Shown here: positions 30,280-39,638 of the stretch, one piece after another | Numbering within the stretch: position 1 is the first letter of the stretch | Layout: each line of letters starts with the position of its first letter | Origin: Candidatus Sericytochromatia bacterium | Lineage (GTDB): Bacteria; Cyanobacteriota; Sericytochromatia; S15B-MN24; UBA4093 | DNA length: 64,000 bases | Direction: 5' to 3' | NCBI GenBank assembly: GCA_036676985.1 | Contig: JAKFBU010000076.1 | Coordinates: forward strand, 1-64,000 | The notes under the pieces: generated by a model | Told to the model about the DNA's origin: nothing | Database searches by the model: none | Seen by the model: only the letters and a program-made list of their open reading frames with translations | Made by a program: the position numbers and the translations under genes

Positions 30280-30867
30280 GTGGCGATCGAAACCCGAATC
30301 CCGTTGAGTCAACAGGAGCGCGCGCGTCAGGCGCTGCGGACGCTCCTGGAGGCCATTGGGGAGGATCCCGATCGCGAAGGCCTCCGCGACACGCCCGATC
30401 GCGTCCTGCGGAGCTGGGAGGAGATCTTCGGCGGCTACACGCAGGATCCCGGGGAGATCCTGGCGACCACCTTCGAGGAGGTCGAGGGCTACCAGGAGTT
30501 CGTCCTGCTCAAGGACATCCCGTTCGACTCCACCTGCGAGCACCACATGCTCCCCTTCGACGGGATCGCGCACATCGCCTACCTGCCCAACGATCGCGTC
30601 GTGGGCCTCTCCAAGCTGGCCCGCCTGGTGGATTGCTTCGCCCGGCGCCTCCAGATCCAGGAGCGCATGACGCAGCACATCGCCCAGGCCCTGATGACCC
30701 ACCTCAATGCCAAGGGTGTGGCCGTGATGGTCGAGGGGGTGCACGGCTGCATGACCTGCCGGGGCGTCCGCAAGGAAGGCTCCGCGATGGTGACGGTCGC
30801 CTTCGACGGGGAGTTCCAGCAGCCCGAGCGGCGCAACGAGTTCCTGTCGCTGACGACGCGTCGGTGA
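30280..30867 (+). CDS. folE: GTP cyclohydrolase I
   Basis: REGLRDTP.RV, STCEHHMLPF, GLSKLAR, RRLQIQER, HGCMTCRG. Confidence 0.97.
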   Translation: MAIETRIPLSQQERARQALRTLLEAIGEDPDREGLRDTPDRVLRSWEEIFGGYTQDPGEILATTFEEVEGYQEFVLLKDIPFDSTCEHHMLPFDGIAHIAYLPNDRVVGLSKLARLVDCFARRLQIQERMTQHIAQALMTHLNAKGVAVMVEGVHGCMTCRGVRKEGSAMVTVAFDGEFQQPERRNEFLSLTTRR

Positions 30868-30936
30868 CGTAGCCCCCGCAGCGTGCCGGCCCGGTAACGG
30901 GTCGGCCGTTTCGTGAGGGGAGCTGGGAGGGACACC

Positions 30937-32376
30937 TTGGGCAACTATCTCATCATGCTGCTGCCCATCCTGGTCACGCAGATCGTCAGTCGGGTGGTGG
31001 TCCGCTATGGCGCGACCTTCGACGTGCCGAAGTATCCCGTGTCCCGCCACCGTATGGTGTGCTCCTTCTGCCTCTACGCGAGCCTCGCCGCCACCGTCTT
31101 CTTCTGGAAAGTGCCCGGGATCCACGCGAGCTGGACCTTTGCGACCCTGCTCCTGTTCGCTACCTCGCTGGAGGGGCACCTGCGCCTGGTCGAATCGCCC
31201 TTCTCGCTACGCCGCTGGTGGCCGCTCTACGGCCTCGTGGCGCTCGCCGCCGCCCTGGGCGTCGGCCTGACCTATCCCAATCCGATCTACCTGTCCCTGT
31301 GGGCCGTCCTCGCCGTGCTCGCGCAGGGCGCCTCGGTCTTCGTCCTGACGCGTTCCGCTCTGCGCTCGTCGCCCGCGATCACCATCATGGGGGCCTCGTA
31401 TGCGGTGGGGATGGTGGCGGCGGCCATGACGCCCTGGGTGGCCTCGAACCTCTCGCACTTCCTGGTCGAGCTGCTCCTGGTCCTGGTCTCGCTCTCGGCC
31501 GTCCTCATGGCCATGGGCATGCTCAGCTTCGTGCTGGAGCGGACGGCCCAGCGCCTCCAGGACACCCAGGCGCGTATCTCGGCTGAGATCGACGAGCGTA
31601 CGGCCGAGCTCCGGGCGGCCAACTCGCGGCTGCAGGAGCTCGATCGCCTCAAGGACCAGATCCTGAGCACGGTGAGCCACGAGCTGCGCACCCCGCTCGC
31701 CACCATCCGGGGCTACGGCGAGTTCCTGGAGGATGAGATCGCGGGCCCGCTCTCGGACGGCAACCGGGAGTACGTCCACAACATCCTGGAGGCGACCCAG
31801 GTCGTCTCCCACAAGGTGGACGACCTCCTGGATCTCGCGGGCATCTCGGCCGGTAACTTCCGATTCGAGTTCGCGCCCTTCCGGTACGACGAGCTGCTGC
31901 GGCAGTTGGGCAGCCTCATGCATCCGATCCTGGCCAGGCGATCCCAGACCCTGCGCCTGCAGCATGCCGACGAGATCCCGCTGGTGGGCGATCGCCGCCG
32001 CATCCTGCAGGTGCTGGTCAACCTGGTCCAGAACGCCTCCAAGTTCTCGGCGGACGGCGCGGTCATCGAGGTCACAGCGGAGGTCGACGCCGAGGGCGTC
32101 ACCACCCGCGTGTCGGATCAGGGCATCGGCATCCCCCCCGAGCAGCTCACGCGCATCTTCGAGGCCTTCTACCAGGTGGACAGCCACAGCACGCGGGTGC
32201 ATGGCGGCATCGGGATGGGGCTGGCCATCGTGCGCAGCATGATCGAGGCCCACCGGGGACGCATCGAGGTCCGGAGTACCGAGGGCGAGGGCTCCACCTT
32301 CACCTTCCGTCTGCCTTACCTGCCCTTCGAGGAGCGTCGGGGGACGACGGCTCAACTGCCGGAAACCACCGTCTGA
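30937..32376 (+). CDS. Membrane sensor histidine kinase (about 7 TM + HisKA + HATPase)
   Basis: Hydrophobic N-terminal half; VSHELRTPL, NLVQNASKF, DQGIGI, GGIGMGL; TTG start after GGAGG. Confidence 0.92.
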   Translation: MGNYLIMLLPILVTQIVSRVVVRYGATFDVPKYPVSRHRMVCSFCLYASLAATVFFWKVPGIHASWTFATLLLFATSLEGHLRLVESPFSLRRWWPLYGLVALAAALGVGLTYPNPIYLSLWAVLAVLAQGASVFVLTRSALRSSPAITIMGASYAVGMVAAAMTPWVASNLSHFLVELLLVLVSLSAVLMAMGMLSFVLERTAQRLQDTQARISAEIDERTAELRAANSRLQELDRLKDQILSTVSHELRTPLATIRGYGEFLEDEIAGPLSDGNREYVHNILEATQVVSHKVDDLLDLAGISAGNFRFEFAPFRYDELLRQLGSLMHPILARRSQTLRLQHADEIPLVGDRRRILQVLVNLVQNASKFSADGAVIEVTAEVDAEGVTTRVSDQGIGIPPEQLTRIFEAFYQVDSHSTRVHGGIGMGLAIVRSMIEAHRGRIEVRSTEGEGSTFTFRLPYLPFEERRGTTAQLPETTV

Positions 32377-32532
32377 CCTGAAGTTCGGTAGGTCCTACGG
32401 ATGATCCTCCCGTTGCCCGGAGCTATGGTGAGGATGCGAGGAGGGAAGCCTGAAACGAACGAAATCGGACGGTTGAACACCCTCGAGGCGACACCGCCGC
32501 ACAGAAATCGCCACCAGGCGCACCCCTCCCCT

Positions 32533-32566
32533 GACCCCCGCTGCACCCGCGGGGGTCTTTCTATTT
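32533..32566 (+). terminator. Rho-independent terminator
   Basis: GACCCCCGC-tgcaccc-GCGGGGGTC-TTTCTATTT. Confidence 0.8.
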
Positions 32567-32984
32567 AAGGCACTTGCAGCGTGACGCTGGCGGTCGTGTC
32601 GGCGTCCACCTGGGCGCTCGCCGTCGCCGAGTCGTCGCTGAGCCGCACCTCGTAGGGGCCCGTCTTCATGCGCTCGAAGCGCACGACGCCCGAGGCGTCG
32701 GTCGTGCCGCTGATGACCGACGGACAGCGCAGCCCCGTGTAAACCAGGCGAGTGGCCGAGACGCCGACGTTTGCCTTGCCGACTCCGCCCGCATCGACCA
32801 CGCGGACCTGCAGGGTGCCGACCGGAATCTCCGTCTGGGTGCGGTAGCCTGCCGCGACCTGGGGGCTGCAGCCGCCGGAGTCGGCGGCCGGCGAGCCGAA
32901 CATGGTGCCGAGGCTCGAGCAGCCCGCCGTGACGACGAGGGCGGCGACGGCGAGGCCGACGAGGGCGTAAGGCTGGCGTGGCAT
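32565..32984 (-). CDS. Lipoprotein with carboxypeptidase-regulatory-like (transthyretin-like) beta domain
   Basis: Lipobox VTAGC; GTLQVRVVD..TDASG...F..MKTGPYEV. Confidence 0.75.
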   Translation of the reverse strand: MPRQPYALVGLAVAALVVTAGCSSLGTMFGSPAADSGGCSPQVAAGYRTQTEIPVGTLQVRVVDAGGVGKANVGVSATRLVYTGLRCPSVISGTTDASGVVRFERMKTGPYEVRLSDDSATASAQVDADTTASVTLQVP

Positions 32985-33112
32985 GGGGCATCTCCTTCCG
33001 AGGGGACTCATACCCGCCCGGCGAGCGCCCAACCCCCGCATGATCCACCGGGCGATCGTGGCCATGCGCGGGCCCCGGCAGTACACTGGAGGGACACGCA
33101 AGAAAAGGAGTT

Positions 33113-33466
33113 GTGACCAAGATGGCCAAGTCGACCGTGATCGCCGAAGGAAAGGCGTGGCGCCTGCAGACCACGTGGGGCGAGTTCGCCGTGCCCGCCG
33201 GGACCGAGCAAGACTACGAGTCCACCTATGAGAAGCTGCGGGACCTGGTGGTCGAGCGCTTCGAGCAGATCGCCCAGGAGAACGGCGCCATGCTCGCCTG
33301 GATCCGTGAGACCGGCCAGGTGGTGGGCCCTCAGAACCCGGCCGCCGATCTGCTGAAGAACCTCGAGCCCTGGCGCCAGCAAGCCGAGCGCGAGGTGACG
33401 GAGAGCTGGCAGCGTGGGGAGATCGCCGCGGTCTACTCGGGCGGAGCCCCCAGCGAGGCCGAGTAG
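33113..33466 (+). CDS. Hypothetical protein
   Basis: AAGGAG RBS, typical codon usage. Confidence 0.7.
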   Translation: MTKMAKSTVIAEGKAWRLQTTWGEFAVPAGTEQDYESTYEKLRDLVVERFEQIAQENGAMLAWIRETGQVVGPQNPAADLLKNLEPWRQQAEREVTESWQRGEIAAVYSGGAPSEAE

Positions 33467-33584
33467 CGCCCGCTTCCTGGACCCTCGGACCCGCTTGCGT
33501 TAAGCTGAAGCCATCTGGCGACGATCTGTCGCTGTTTGGTCACGGCAGCCTCCCTGCGAGGCCGGCAAGCGCACCGAGGGTCTC

Positions 33585-33947
33585 ATGTCCAAGTCGTCGT
33601 TCGAGTTCCTGATGATGGTGGTCGGCGTCGCGGCCATCGTGATGACGTCCGCGACCCTGTACTACCTGGGGACGGCCTTCGTTCCGGGCGTCCTCCTCTT
33701 CGTGCCCCTGTTCGGCATGGCCGGGCTCGTGCTCGCGCCCTTCCATCGGCGCCACTACGATGCGGACTGGTGGGACCTGGGCACGCCCCGCCTGAGCGAA
33801 GAGGACCCGCCCCTCTGGCAGATCGCGAGCCTCTCGGTGGTGCTCGTGTGCCTCCTGCTCTGGGTCGCCAACCCCGTCGTGTACTACCCCGGCGAGGTCA
33901 GCCTCCCCATCCGCTACGTTACCGAGGGCCTGAGTCAGGAGCGCTGA
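33585..33947 (+). CDS. Small membrane protein
   Basis: Three hydrophobic segments. Confidence 0.7.
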   Translation: MSKSSFEFLMMVVGVAAIVMTSATLYYLGTAFVPGVLLFVPLFGMAGLVLAPFHRRHYDADWWDLGTPRLSEEDPPLWQIASLSVVLVCLLLWVANPVVYYPGEVSLPIRYVTEGLSQER

Positions 33948-33957
33948 GCCACGCGCC

Positions 33958-34398
33958 TCACGGCTCCAGGGAGACGAGGGACCAGTGGGGGTAGCGCTCG
34001 TTGGCGTAGGCGAGCGCCTCCTCCAGCCGGTTGAAGTCCCGCTGGTGGCGCGGCAGCTCCTGCTCCACCACCGTGAACCAGTCCGGGGTCTGGGCGATGT
34101 AGACCTGGATCCGGTCCTTCTGCTTGACCGAGTAGCTCCAGTTCGACTTGGAGAAGGCCCGATCCCCCAGCGTCGCCTTGCTCTTGGGCGCCGCCATGCG
34201 CGTGGGAACGGCCAGGTACGTGCGCTGTGCCTCCTCGTCCCAGCGGAGGGAGCCCGCGGATCCGGCGCTGCTCAGGGCGAGCGGCCGATAGATCGCCTTG
34301 GCCGTGTCCAGTGGCGGCCGGTCGGTGGGAAGGGAACTGCAGGCGCCAAGGGCGAGGGCGATCAGGGCGCCCCCGATATAGGGATGGCTCAGTCTCAT
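33958..34398 (-). CDS. Hypothetical lipoprotein
   Basis: Lipobox ALGAC; GGAGG RBS. Confidence 0.72.
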   Translation of the reverse strand: MRLSHPYIGGALIALALGACSSLPTDRPPLDTAKAIYRPLALSSAGSAGSLRWDEEAQRTYLAVPTRMAAPKSKATLGDRAFSKSNWSYSVKQKDRIQVYIAQTPDWFTVVEQELPRHQRDFNRLEEALAYANERYPHWSLVSLEP

Positions 34399-34527
34399 GG
34401 GGCCTCCTTCGAAAAGCAGATCAGTAACGATAATTCGTTTTCATATCAAGCTAGCAAGTTTTGTGCGAAATGAAAAGAGCGAGTACGATGAGGGCGTGCC
34501 CGCTTGATTCATGAAGGAGTCCTCCGC

Positions 34528-36243
34528 GTGTCCACCAAGTCGGTCGTTGCCTCGCTCACCCTCTCGGCCCTCTTACTCGTCTCCACGGTCGCCTCGGCTG
34601 CTCCCGTCCCCGCCCAGTGGGCCTTTCCGGCCGATGGCCCTCCCGTGAAGGCCAAGCACGGCATGGTCTCGAGCGTCTCACCCATCGCGAGCAAGGTCGG
34701 CGTCGAGATCCTCAAGCAGGGCGGCAACGCCATCGACGCGGCGGTCGCCGTGGCCTTCGCCATGGCCGTCACCTGGCCGGAGGCGGGCAACGTGGGCGGC
34801 GGCGGCTTCCTGGTCATGCGCGACAAGGAGGGCAAGAACTACGCCCTCGACTACCGCGAGACGGCCCCCGCCAAGGCCACGCGCGACATGTTCCTCGACG
34901 AGAAGGGCGAGGTGACCGACAAGGGCCTCGTCACGCGCCTCGGCGCCGGAACCCCCGGCACGGTCTGGGGCATGTACGAGGTGCACCGCAAGTTCGGGCG
35001 CATGGCATGGCCCGACCTCCTGGCCCCCGCCATCAAGCTCGCCCATGAGGGCTTCCTCGTGGACAAGGGCCTCGCGGCCTCGCTCGAGAAGTACCAGGCG
35101 GATCTGCGCCGGGACGACGAGGCGGCGCGCATCTTCCTCAAGGACGGTCAGCCCCTCAAGGTGGGCGATCGCCTCCAGCAGCCCGATCTGGCCCGCACGC
35201 TGCGCCTCGTCTCGAACCGCGGCCCCGAGGGCTTCTACCAGGGTCCCGTCGCCGAGGCGTTCGACGAGGACATGGCCGACAACGGCGGCATCATGACGGC
35301 AGCCGACCTCGCCGCCTACCGTCCCAAGTGGCGCGAGCCCATCGCCTTCACCTACCGCGGCCTCAAGGTCGTGAGCATGCCGCCTCCGAGCTCGGGCGGC
35401 TTCCTCCTGGCCTCCATCCTCAAGATGGTGGAGAAGGACGACGTCAAGAAGTTGGGCTGGCACAGCCCCGGCCACATCCACCTCATCGCCGAGGCCGAGC
35501 GGCGCGCCTTCGCGGATCGCAACGAGTACCTGGGCGACCCCGACCACCTCTCCATCCCGCTCAAGCGCATGCTCGATCCCACCTACCTCCAGCAGCGCCG
35601 CGCCACGGTGGATCCCGCCAAGGCGACCCCCGAGTTCTCCACCCAGCCGGGCCTCGCGGAGCGTGAGGAGACGACCCACTTCGTGGTGGCGGACGCCTTG
35701 GGCAACGTCGTGAGCAACACCTACACCCTCAACGGCGCCTACGGCAGCTGCATCGTCGTGCCCGGCACGGGCGTCCTGCTCAACAACGAGATGGACGACT
35801 TCACGGCCAAGCCCGGCTCCCCCAACCTGTTCGGGCTGGTGCAGGGCGAGAAGAACGCGATCGCCCCCAAGAAGCGCATGCTGAGCTCCATGTCGCCCAC
35901 GCTGGTGCTGGACGCCAAGGGCAACTTCCGCATGGCGGTGGGCTCGCCCGGCGGCTCCACCATCCCGACCACCACCCTCCAGGTCCTCATGAACTACTTC
36001 GACTTCGGCATGAACGTCCGCCAGGCCGTGGTCGCGCCGCGCTTCCACCATCAGGGGCTGCCCCAGTCCATCGACGTGGAGCCCGCCGGCTTCGATCCCG
36101 CCACGCTGAAGGCGCTGGAGGGCATGGGTCATCCCCTGCGCGAGCGCTACCTTGGAGACGCGCAGGCGATCGTCCGCAAGCCCGACGGCAGCTTCGAGGG
36201 CTGGGCCGATCCGCGCAAGGGCGGCCTCGCGGTCGGCTACTAA
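34528..36243 (+). CDS. ggt: Gamma-glutamyltransferase, exported
   Basis: Signal peptide; GGNAIDAAVA, DYRETAP, ETTH nucleophile, LNNEMDDF, LSSMSP, GSPGGS. Confidence 0.97.
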   Translation: MSTKSVVASLTLSALLLVSTVASAAPVPAQWAFPADGPPVKAKHGMVSSVSPIASKVGVEILKQGGNAIDAAVAVAFAMAVTWPEAGNVGGGGFLVMRDKEGKNYALDYRETAPAKATRDMFLDEKGEVTDKGLVTRLGAGTPGTVWGMYEVHRKFGRMAWPDLLAPAIKLAHEGFLVDKGLAASLEKYQADLRRDDEAARIFLKDGQPLKVGDRLQQPDLARTLRLVSNRGPEGFYQGPVAEAFDEDMADNGGIMTAADLAAYRPKWREPIAFTYRGLKVVSMPPPSSGGFLLASILKMVEKDDVKKLGWHSPGHIHLIAEAERRAFADRNEYLGDPDHLSIPLKRMLDPTYLQQRRATVDPAKATPEFSTQPGLAEREETTHFVVADALGNVVSNTYTLNGAYGSCIVVPGTGVLLNNEMDDFTAKPGSPNLFGLVQGEKNAIAPKKRMLSSMSPTLVLDAKGNFRMAVGSPGGSTIPTTTLQVLMNYFDFGMNVRQAVVAPRFHHQGLPQSIDVEPAGFDPATLKALEGMGHPLRERYLGDAQAIVRKPDGSFEGWADPRKGGLAVGY

Positions 36244-36262
36244 GCCCACCATTCGCCACTTC

Positions 36263-36294
36263 AGGCCCTCCTCTTGTTCGAGGAGGGCCTTCTT
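36263..36294 (+). terminator. Probable terminator after ggt
   Basis: AGGCCCTCCTC-ttgttc-GAGGAGGGCCT-TCTT. Confidence 0.7.
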
Positions 36295-36328
36295 GCTGGG
36301 CCCGGAGGGGCGAGAGCGGCGGAGATCG

Positions 36329-36337
36329 TGATAAAAT
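36329..36337 (+). promoter_or_regulatory. Extended -10 promoter immediately before queD
   Basis: TG-A-TAAAAT ending 6 nt before the ATG. Confidence 0.55.
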
Positions 36338-36343
36338 GGGGGC

Positions 36344-36688
36344 ATGTACAGGCTCACCAAACGACTGAAATTCGAGGCCGCGCATCGCATCCCGGGGCAT
36401 CCCGGCAAGTGCGATCGCCTGCATGGCCACACCTACTTCGTGGACGTCGAGGTCAAGGGCACCGATCTCGACGCCCTGGGGATCCTGATCGACTTCAACC
36501 ACCTCAAGGAGCTCGAAGCGCTCCTGCCCGACCACACCTACCTCAACGAGACGCTGCCGGGCATCCAGACCACCGCGGAGGGGCTGTCCAGGCACTTCTT
36601 CCAGGTCTTCAAGGAGCGCCTCCCCGAGGTCGCGGCCGTGACCGTGCACGAGGGGCCCAACTCCTGGTGCCGCTTCGAGGAGGCGTAG
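36344..36688 (+). CDS. queD: 6-carboxytetrahydropterin synthase
   Basis: FEAAHR..GKC.RLHGHTY, IDF, DHTYLN, TAE. Confidence 0.94.
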   Translation: MYRLTKRLKFEAAHRIPGHPGKCDRLHGHTYFVDVEVKGTDLDALGILIDFNHLKELEALLPDHTYLNETLPGIQTTAEGLSRHFFQVFKERLPEVAAVTVHEGPNSWCRFEEA

Positions 36689-36689
36689 G

Positions 36690-37394
36690 ATGGCCGTGGA
36701 AGCGAAGCCCGTGACCCTCGAGGTCTGCGAGATCTTCACCAGCATCCAGGGCGAGGGCACCCGCATCGGCGTGCCGAGCACCTTCGTGCGGCTCCTGCGC
36801 TGCAACCTGCACTGCGCCTGGTGCGACACCACCTATAGCTGGAAGGACGGCGAACGGGTCGAGGGCGTCCAGATGTCCCCCGAGGCCATCCTGCGCGAGG
36901 TCCACGCCCGCGACGTGGTGCTCACGGGTGGCGAGCCCATGTTGCAGGACTTGTCGCCCTTGCTCGCCCTCATGGGCGATCGCCACGTCACCGTCGAGAC
37001 CAACGGCACCATCTTCAAGGCCTACGACCGGGTCAACCTCTGGAGCATCAGCCCCAAGCTCGGCTCGAGCGGCCACAAGCCCAACAAGCGGGTCCTCGGC
37101 GAGTTCGTCGCGCACTACGGCCACAAGCTGCAGCTCAAGTTCGTCGTCGGCGGTCCTGCCGACCTCCAGGCCGTCAAGGACCTGCTCGAGGAGCTGCCCG
37201 AGGTGGCCGAGCGCGCCATTCCCGTCATCCTGCAGCCCGTCGGCAGCCCGACGCAGGGTGCGGGCGATTACCTGGAGGGCATGCGCCGCCTGATCGAGGA
37301 GGAGCTCCTGGTCGATGGCGCCTGGGCCAGGTACAACTGGCGCTTCCTGCCCCAGTTCCACCGTCTCCTCTGGGGAGACAAGCGAGGGATCTAA
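36690..37394 (+). CDS. queE: 7-carboxy-7-deazaguanine synthase (radical SAM)
   Basis: SIQGEG, CNLHCAWCDT, LTGGEP, ETNGT, SPK. Confidence 0.95.
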   Translation: MAVEAKPVTLEVCEIFTSIQGEGTRIGVPSTFVRLLRCNLHCAWCDTTYSWKDGERVEGVQMSPEAILREVHARDVVLTGGEPMLQDLSPLLALMGDRHVTVETNGTIFKAYDRVNLWSISPKLGSSGHKPNKRVLGEFVAHYGHKLQLKFVVGGPADLQAVKDLLEELPEVAERAIPVILQPVGSPTQGAGDYLEGMRRLIEEELLVDGAWARYNWRFLPQFHRLLWGDKRGI

Positions 37395-38074
37395 TGTCGA
37401 AGAAAGCCGTCGTCCTGCTGTCCGGTGGTCTGGACAGCACCACCTGCGCGTATCTCGCCAAGGCCCAGGGCTACGAGGTCTACGCCCTCTCCTTCGACTA
37501 CGGCCAGCGCCTCGCCCGCGAGCTCGACTCGGCCAAGGCCGTCGCCCAGGCCGTGGGGGCCGCCGAGCACATCGTCATGAAGTTCGACCTCACGCGCTGG
37601 GGTGGCTCGGCCCTCACGCAGGCGGACCTCGCGGTGCCGACGGGCCGCGAGACGGCCGAGATGGAGGAGAGCATCCCCGTCACCTACGTGCCGGGCCGCA
37701 ACATCCTCTTTTTGAGCTTCGGCGTCTCCTACGCCGAGGCCAAGGGTGCCGAGGCCATCTTCATCGGGGTGAACGCCCTCGACTACTCGGGCTATCCCGA
37801 CTGCCGCCCCGAGTTCATCGCCGCCTACCAGGAGGCCGTTCGCCTCGGGACCAAGGCGGGCGTCGAGGGCCGGCCCATCCGCATCGAGACGCCGCTTCTG
37901 CACTGGACCAAGGCCGAGATCATCCGGCATGGGCTCGAGGCGGGCGCCGACTACGGCCTCACGTGGTCCTGCTACCAGGGTGGGGCCGTGCCCTGCGGCG
38001 AGTGCGACTCCTGCAAGCTCAGGGCCAAGGGCTTCGCCGAGGCGGGCGTCCGGGACGCGGCCCTACCCGTCTAA
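37394..38074 (+). CDS. queC: 7-cyano-7-deazaguanine synthase
   Basis: SGGLDS, TYVPGRN, DYSGYPDCR, TWSCY...CGECDSC. Confidence 0.97.
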   Translation: MSKKAVVLLSGGLDSTTCAYLAKAQGYEVYALSFDYGQRLARELDSAKAVAQAVGAAEHIVMKFDLTRWGGSALTQADLAVPTGRETAEMEESIPVTYVPGRNILFLSFGVSYAEAKGAEAIFIGVNALDYSGYPDCRPEFIAAYQEAVRLGTKAGVEGRPIRIETPLLHWTKAEIIRHGLEAGADYGLTWSCYQGGAVPCGECDSCKLRAKGFAEAGVRDAALPV

Positions 38075-38086
38075 GGTCTCCCAGGA

Positions 38087-38120
38087 AAGAGGGCGCTTCC
38101 TGTTCAGGAAGCGCCCTCTT
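38087..38120. terminator. Bidirectional terminator-like hairpin
   Basis: AAGAGGGCGCTTCCTG-tt-CAGGAAGCGCCCTCTT between convergent genes. Confidence 0.75.
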
Positions 38121-38133
38121 GTCGTCTGTGCCG

Positions 38134-39537
38134 TTAGAACCCGAGCGATTCGAGCAGATCGGGCTTCTTGTCCGGGGTGATGCGGATGCCTCGCTGCCAG
38201 TCCTGGTCGAAGAGGGCCGCGTCGAGCTGGCGGGTCGCCGCGGCGTCGTCGATGCCGAGGCCCGCCTCGCGCGAGTACACGAAGGACTGCTTGTCCATGT
38301 TCTGCGAGCCCACGTAGGCCCACTGGCCGTCCACGGACATGTACTTGGTGTGGTTGTTGGCGAGCGTCTGGCCGTCCGGCGAGAACCAGCGCATCTCGAC
38401 GTTCTGCCGCGATCGCTCGGGCAGCTTGTCCAGGAACTGGCTGATGAAGAGCTCGTTGTTCGAGAAGTCGACCAGCGACGTCCGCTGGTTGAAGCCCTTG
38501 GGCACCACGAGCTTGATCTGGACGCCGCGGTCGGCGGCCGCCGCGAGGGCGCTCCAGACCTCGCGGTCCGTGATGTTGGGCGTCACGATCCGGATCTCGC
38601 GCTGGGCCGCGTGGAGGGCGGCCAGGATCCCCTGGTCGGCGTCGTTGGCGTAGGGCTTGCCGTGCAGCGAGGCCACCGCGATGCTGTCCCGGCTCAGGTA
38701 GGTCATGGGGATGGTGGGGCCCGTGGCGGGAGCGGCCTCGGCCTTGATGGCCGGAGGCAGCTTGAAGCCGTCCGCCGAACGGACCGCGCCGTCCTGGATC
38801 TGCACCTTGACCTTGGACTTGGCGAAGGCCTGGTCGAAGTCCGCGAGCATGGTGTCGACCACGTCGCCCTTGACCTTCACGAGCACGTCCTGGAAGTCCT
38901 TGTCCTGGATGTTGATGCCGCCGATGAGGCCGGTGTTGCCGTCAATCACGAACAGCTTCTCGTGGTCCATGCCCCGGTGCGGCGTCTTGAGGTAGCCCGC
39001 GATCACGGCGTCCACGCCGTGCTCCGTGAAGGCGTCGTTGACGGGATCCTTGAAGAGGGTGAAGTCGCCGCGGTGGATCAGATACACCTTGAAGTCGGGC
39101 GACAGCTTCTGCTTTTCGCTGAGGGCCTTGAGCAGGGTCTTGCCCGCCTCGCTGTCCGCCTCGAACTCGAAGTTCTGGATCCGGATCTCGTGCTTGGCAC
39201 CCTTGATGGCCTGGGCCAGGCGATCCATGGCCTCGTTGTGGAGGTCGTGGTCGTTGATCCACAGCTCCTCGATGGAGCCCTTGGTGAAGACCTTGTCCCG
39301 GGGGACCACGCCGCTGTTGGCCTTGGCGACGGCCTGGTTGACGGCCTTGCCGACGTCGGTGGCGCCCGCGATCTCGGTGGTGGCAGCCGCGGCGCTGGCG
39401 GCGGCCGTCGCGCTGAGCTCGAGGCGATCGCGCGCCACCGTCTTGGCAGCCAAGGCCGCACCCTGCGCGGCCTTGGTCTCTTGCCGGCGGAACAGGCGTC
39501 GGACGGCGCCCTTCAGTTCGGTTCCGATCGCGTCCAC
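38134..39537 (-). CDS. Phospholipase D superfamily protein (two HKD motifs)
   Basis: HEKLFVIDG...GGIN and HTKYMSVDG...GSQN; Ala-rich N-terminus, no signal peptide or TM. Confidence 0.9.
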   Translation of the reverse strand: MDAIGTELKGAVRRLFRRQETKAAQGAALAAKTVARDRLELSATAAASAAAATTEIAGATDVGKAVNQAVAKANSGVVPRDKVFTKGSIEELWINDHDLHNEAMDRLAQAIKGAKHEIRIQNFEFEADSEAGKTLLKALSEKQKLSPDFKVYLIHRGDFTLFKDPVNDAFTEHGVDAVIAGYLKTPHRGMDHEKLFVIDGNTGLIGGINIQDKDFQDVLVKVKGDVVDTMLADFDQAFAKSKVKVQIQDGAVRSADGFKLPPAIKAEAAPATGPTIPMTYLSRDSIAVASLHGKPYANDADQGILAALHAAQREIRIVTPNITDREVWSALAAAADRGVQIKLVVPKGFNQRTSLVDFSNNELFISQFLDKLPERSRQNVEMRWFSPDGQTLANNHTKYMSVDGQWAYVGSQNMDKQSFVYSREAGLGIDDAAATRQLDAALFDQDWQRGIRITPDKKPDLLESLGF

Positions 39538-39638
39538 GGCGTTCCGTCTCCATGGGTAACGGCTGATTAACAGTTACCTTATAGGGGCGGGAAACCGGTG
39601 ACTTTCTTAAGCTTGGGCCAAGGTTCGAATCAAGTGTT

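Noticed and set aside
33113-33466. Faint resemblance to TnpV-like proteins, suggesting a mobile element
   Set aside because: Only a few scattered residues match and there are no mobile-element genes or ends nearby
34427-34447. Fur-like box GATAATTCGTTTTCATATC
   Set aside because: Half-site spacing does not fit the 7-1-7 consensus and the flanking genes are not evidently iron related
36244-36343. preQ1 riboswitch upstream of queD
   Set aside because: No recognisable preQ1 aptamer or A-rich tail; the space is filled by a terminator and a -10 box
27493-38074. 7-deazaguanine DNA-modification (dpd) island suggested by MTase + folE + queDEC
   Set aside because: No dpdA/tgt-like or dpdB/C genes; the genes are interspersed with unrelated housekeeping genes, so ordinary queuosine synthesis is simpler
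38134-39537. PLD protein as the restriction nuclease for the orphan methyltransferase
   Set aside because: It is 9 kb away, has two HKD motifs in a phospholipase-like arrangement and lacks helicase or DNA-binding domains
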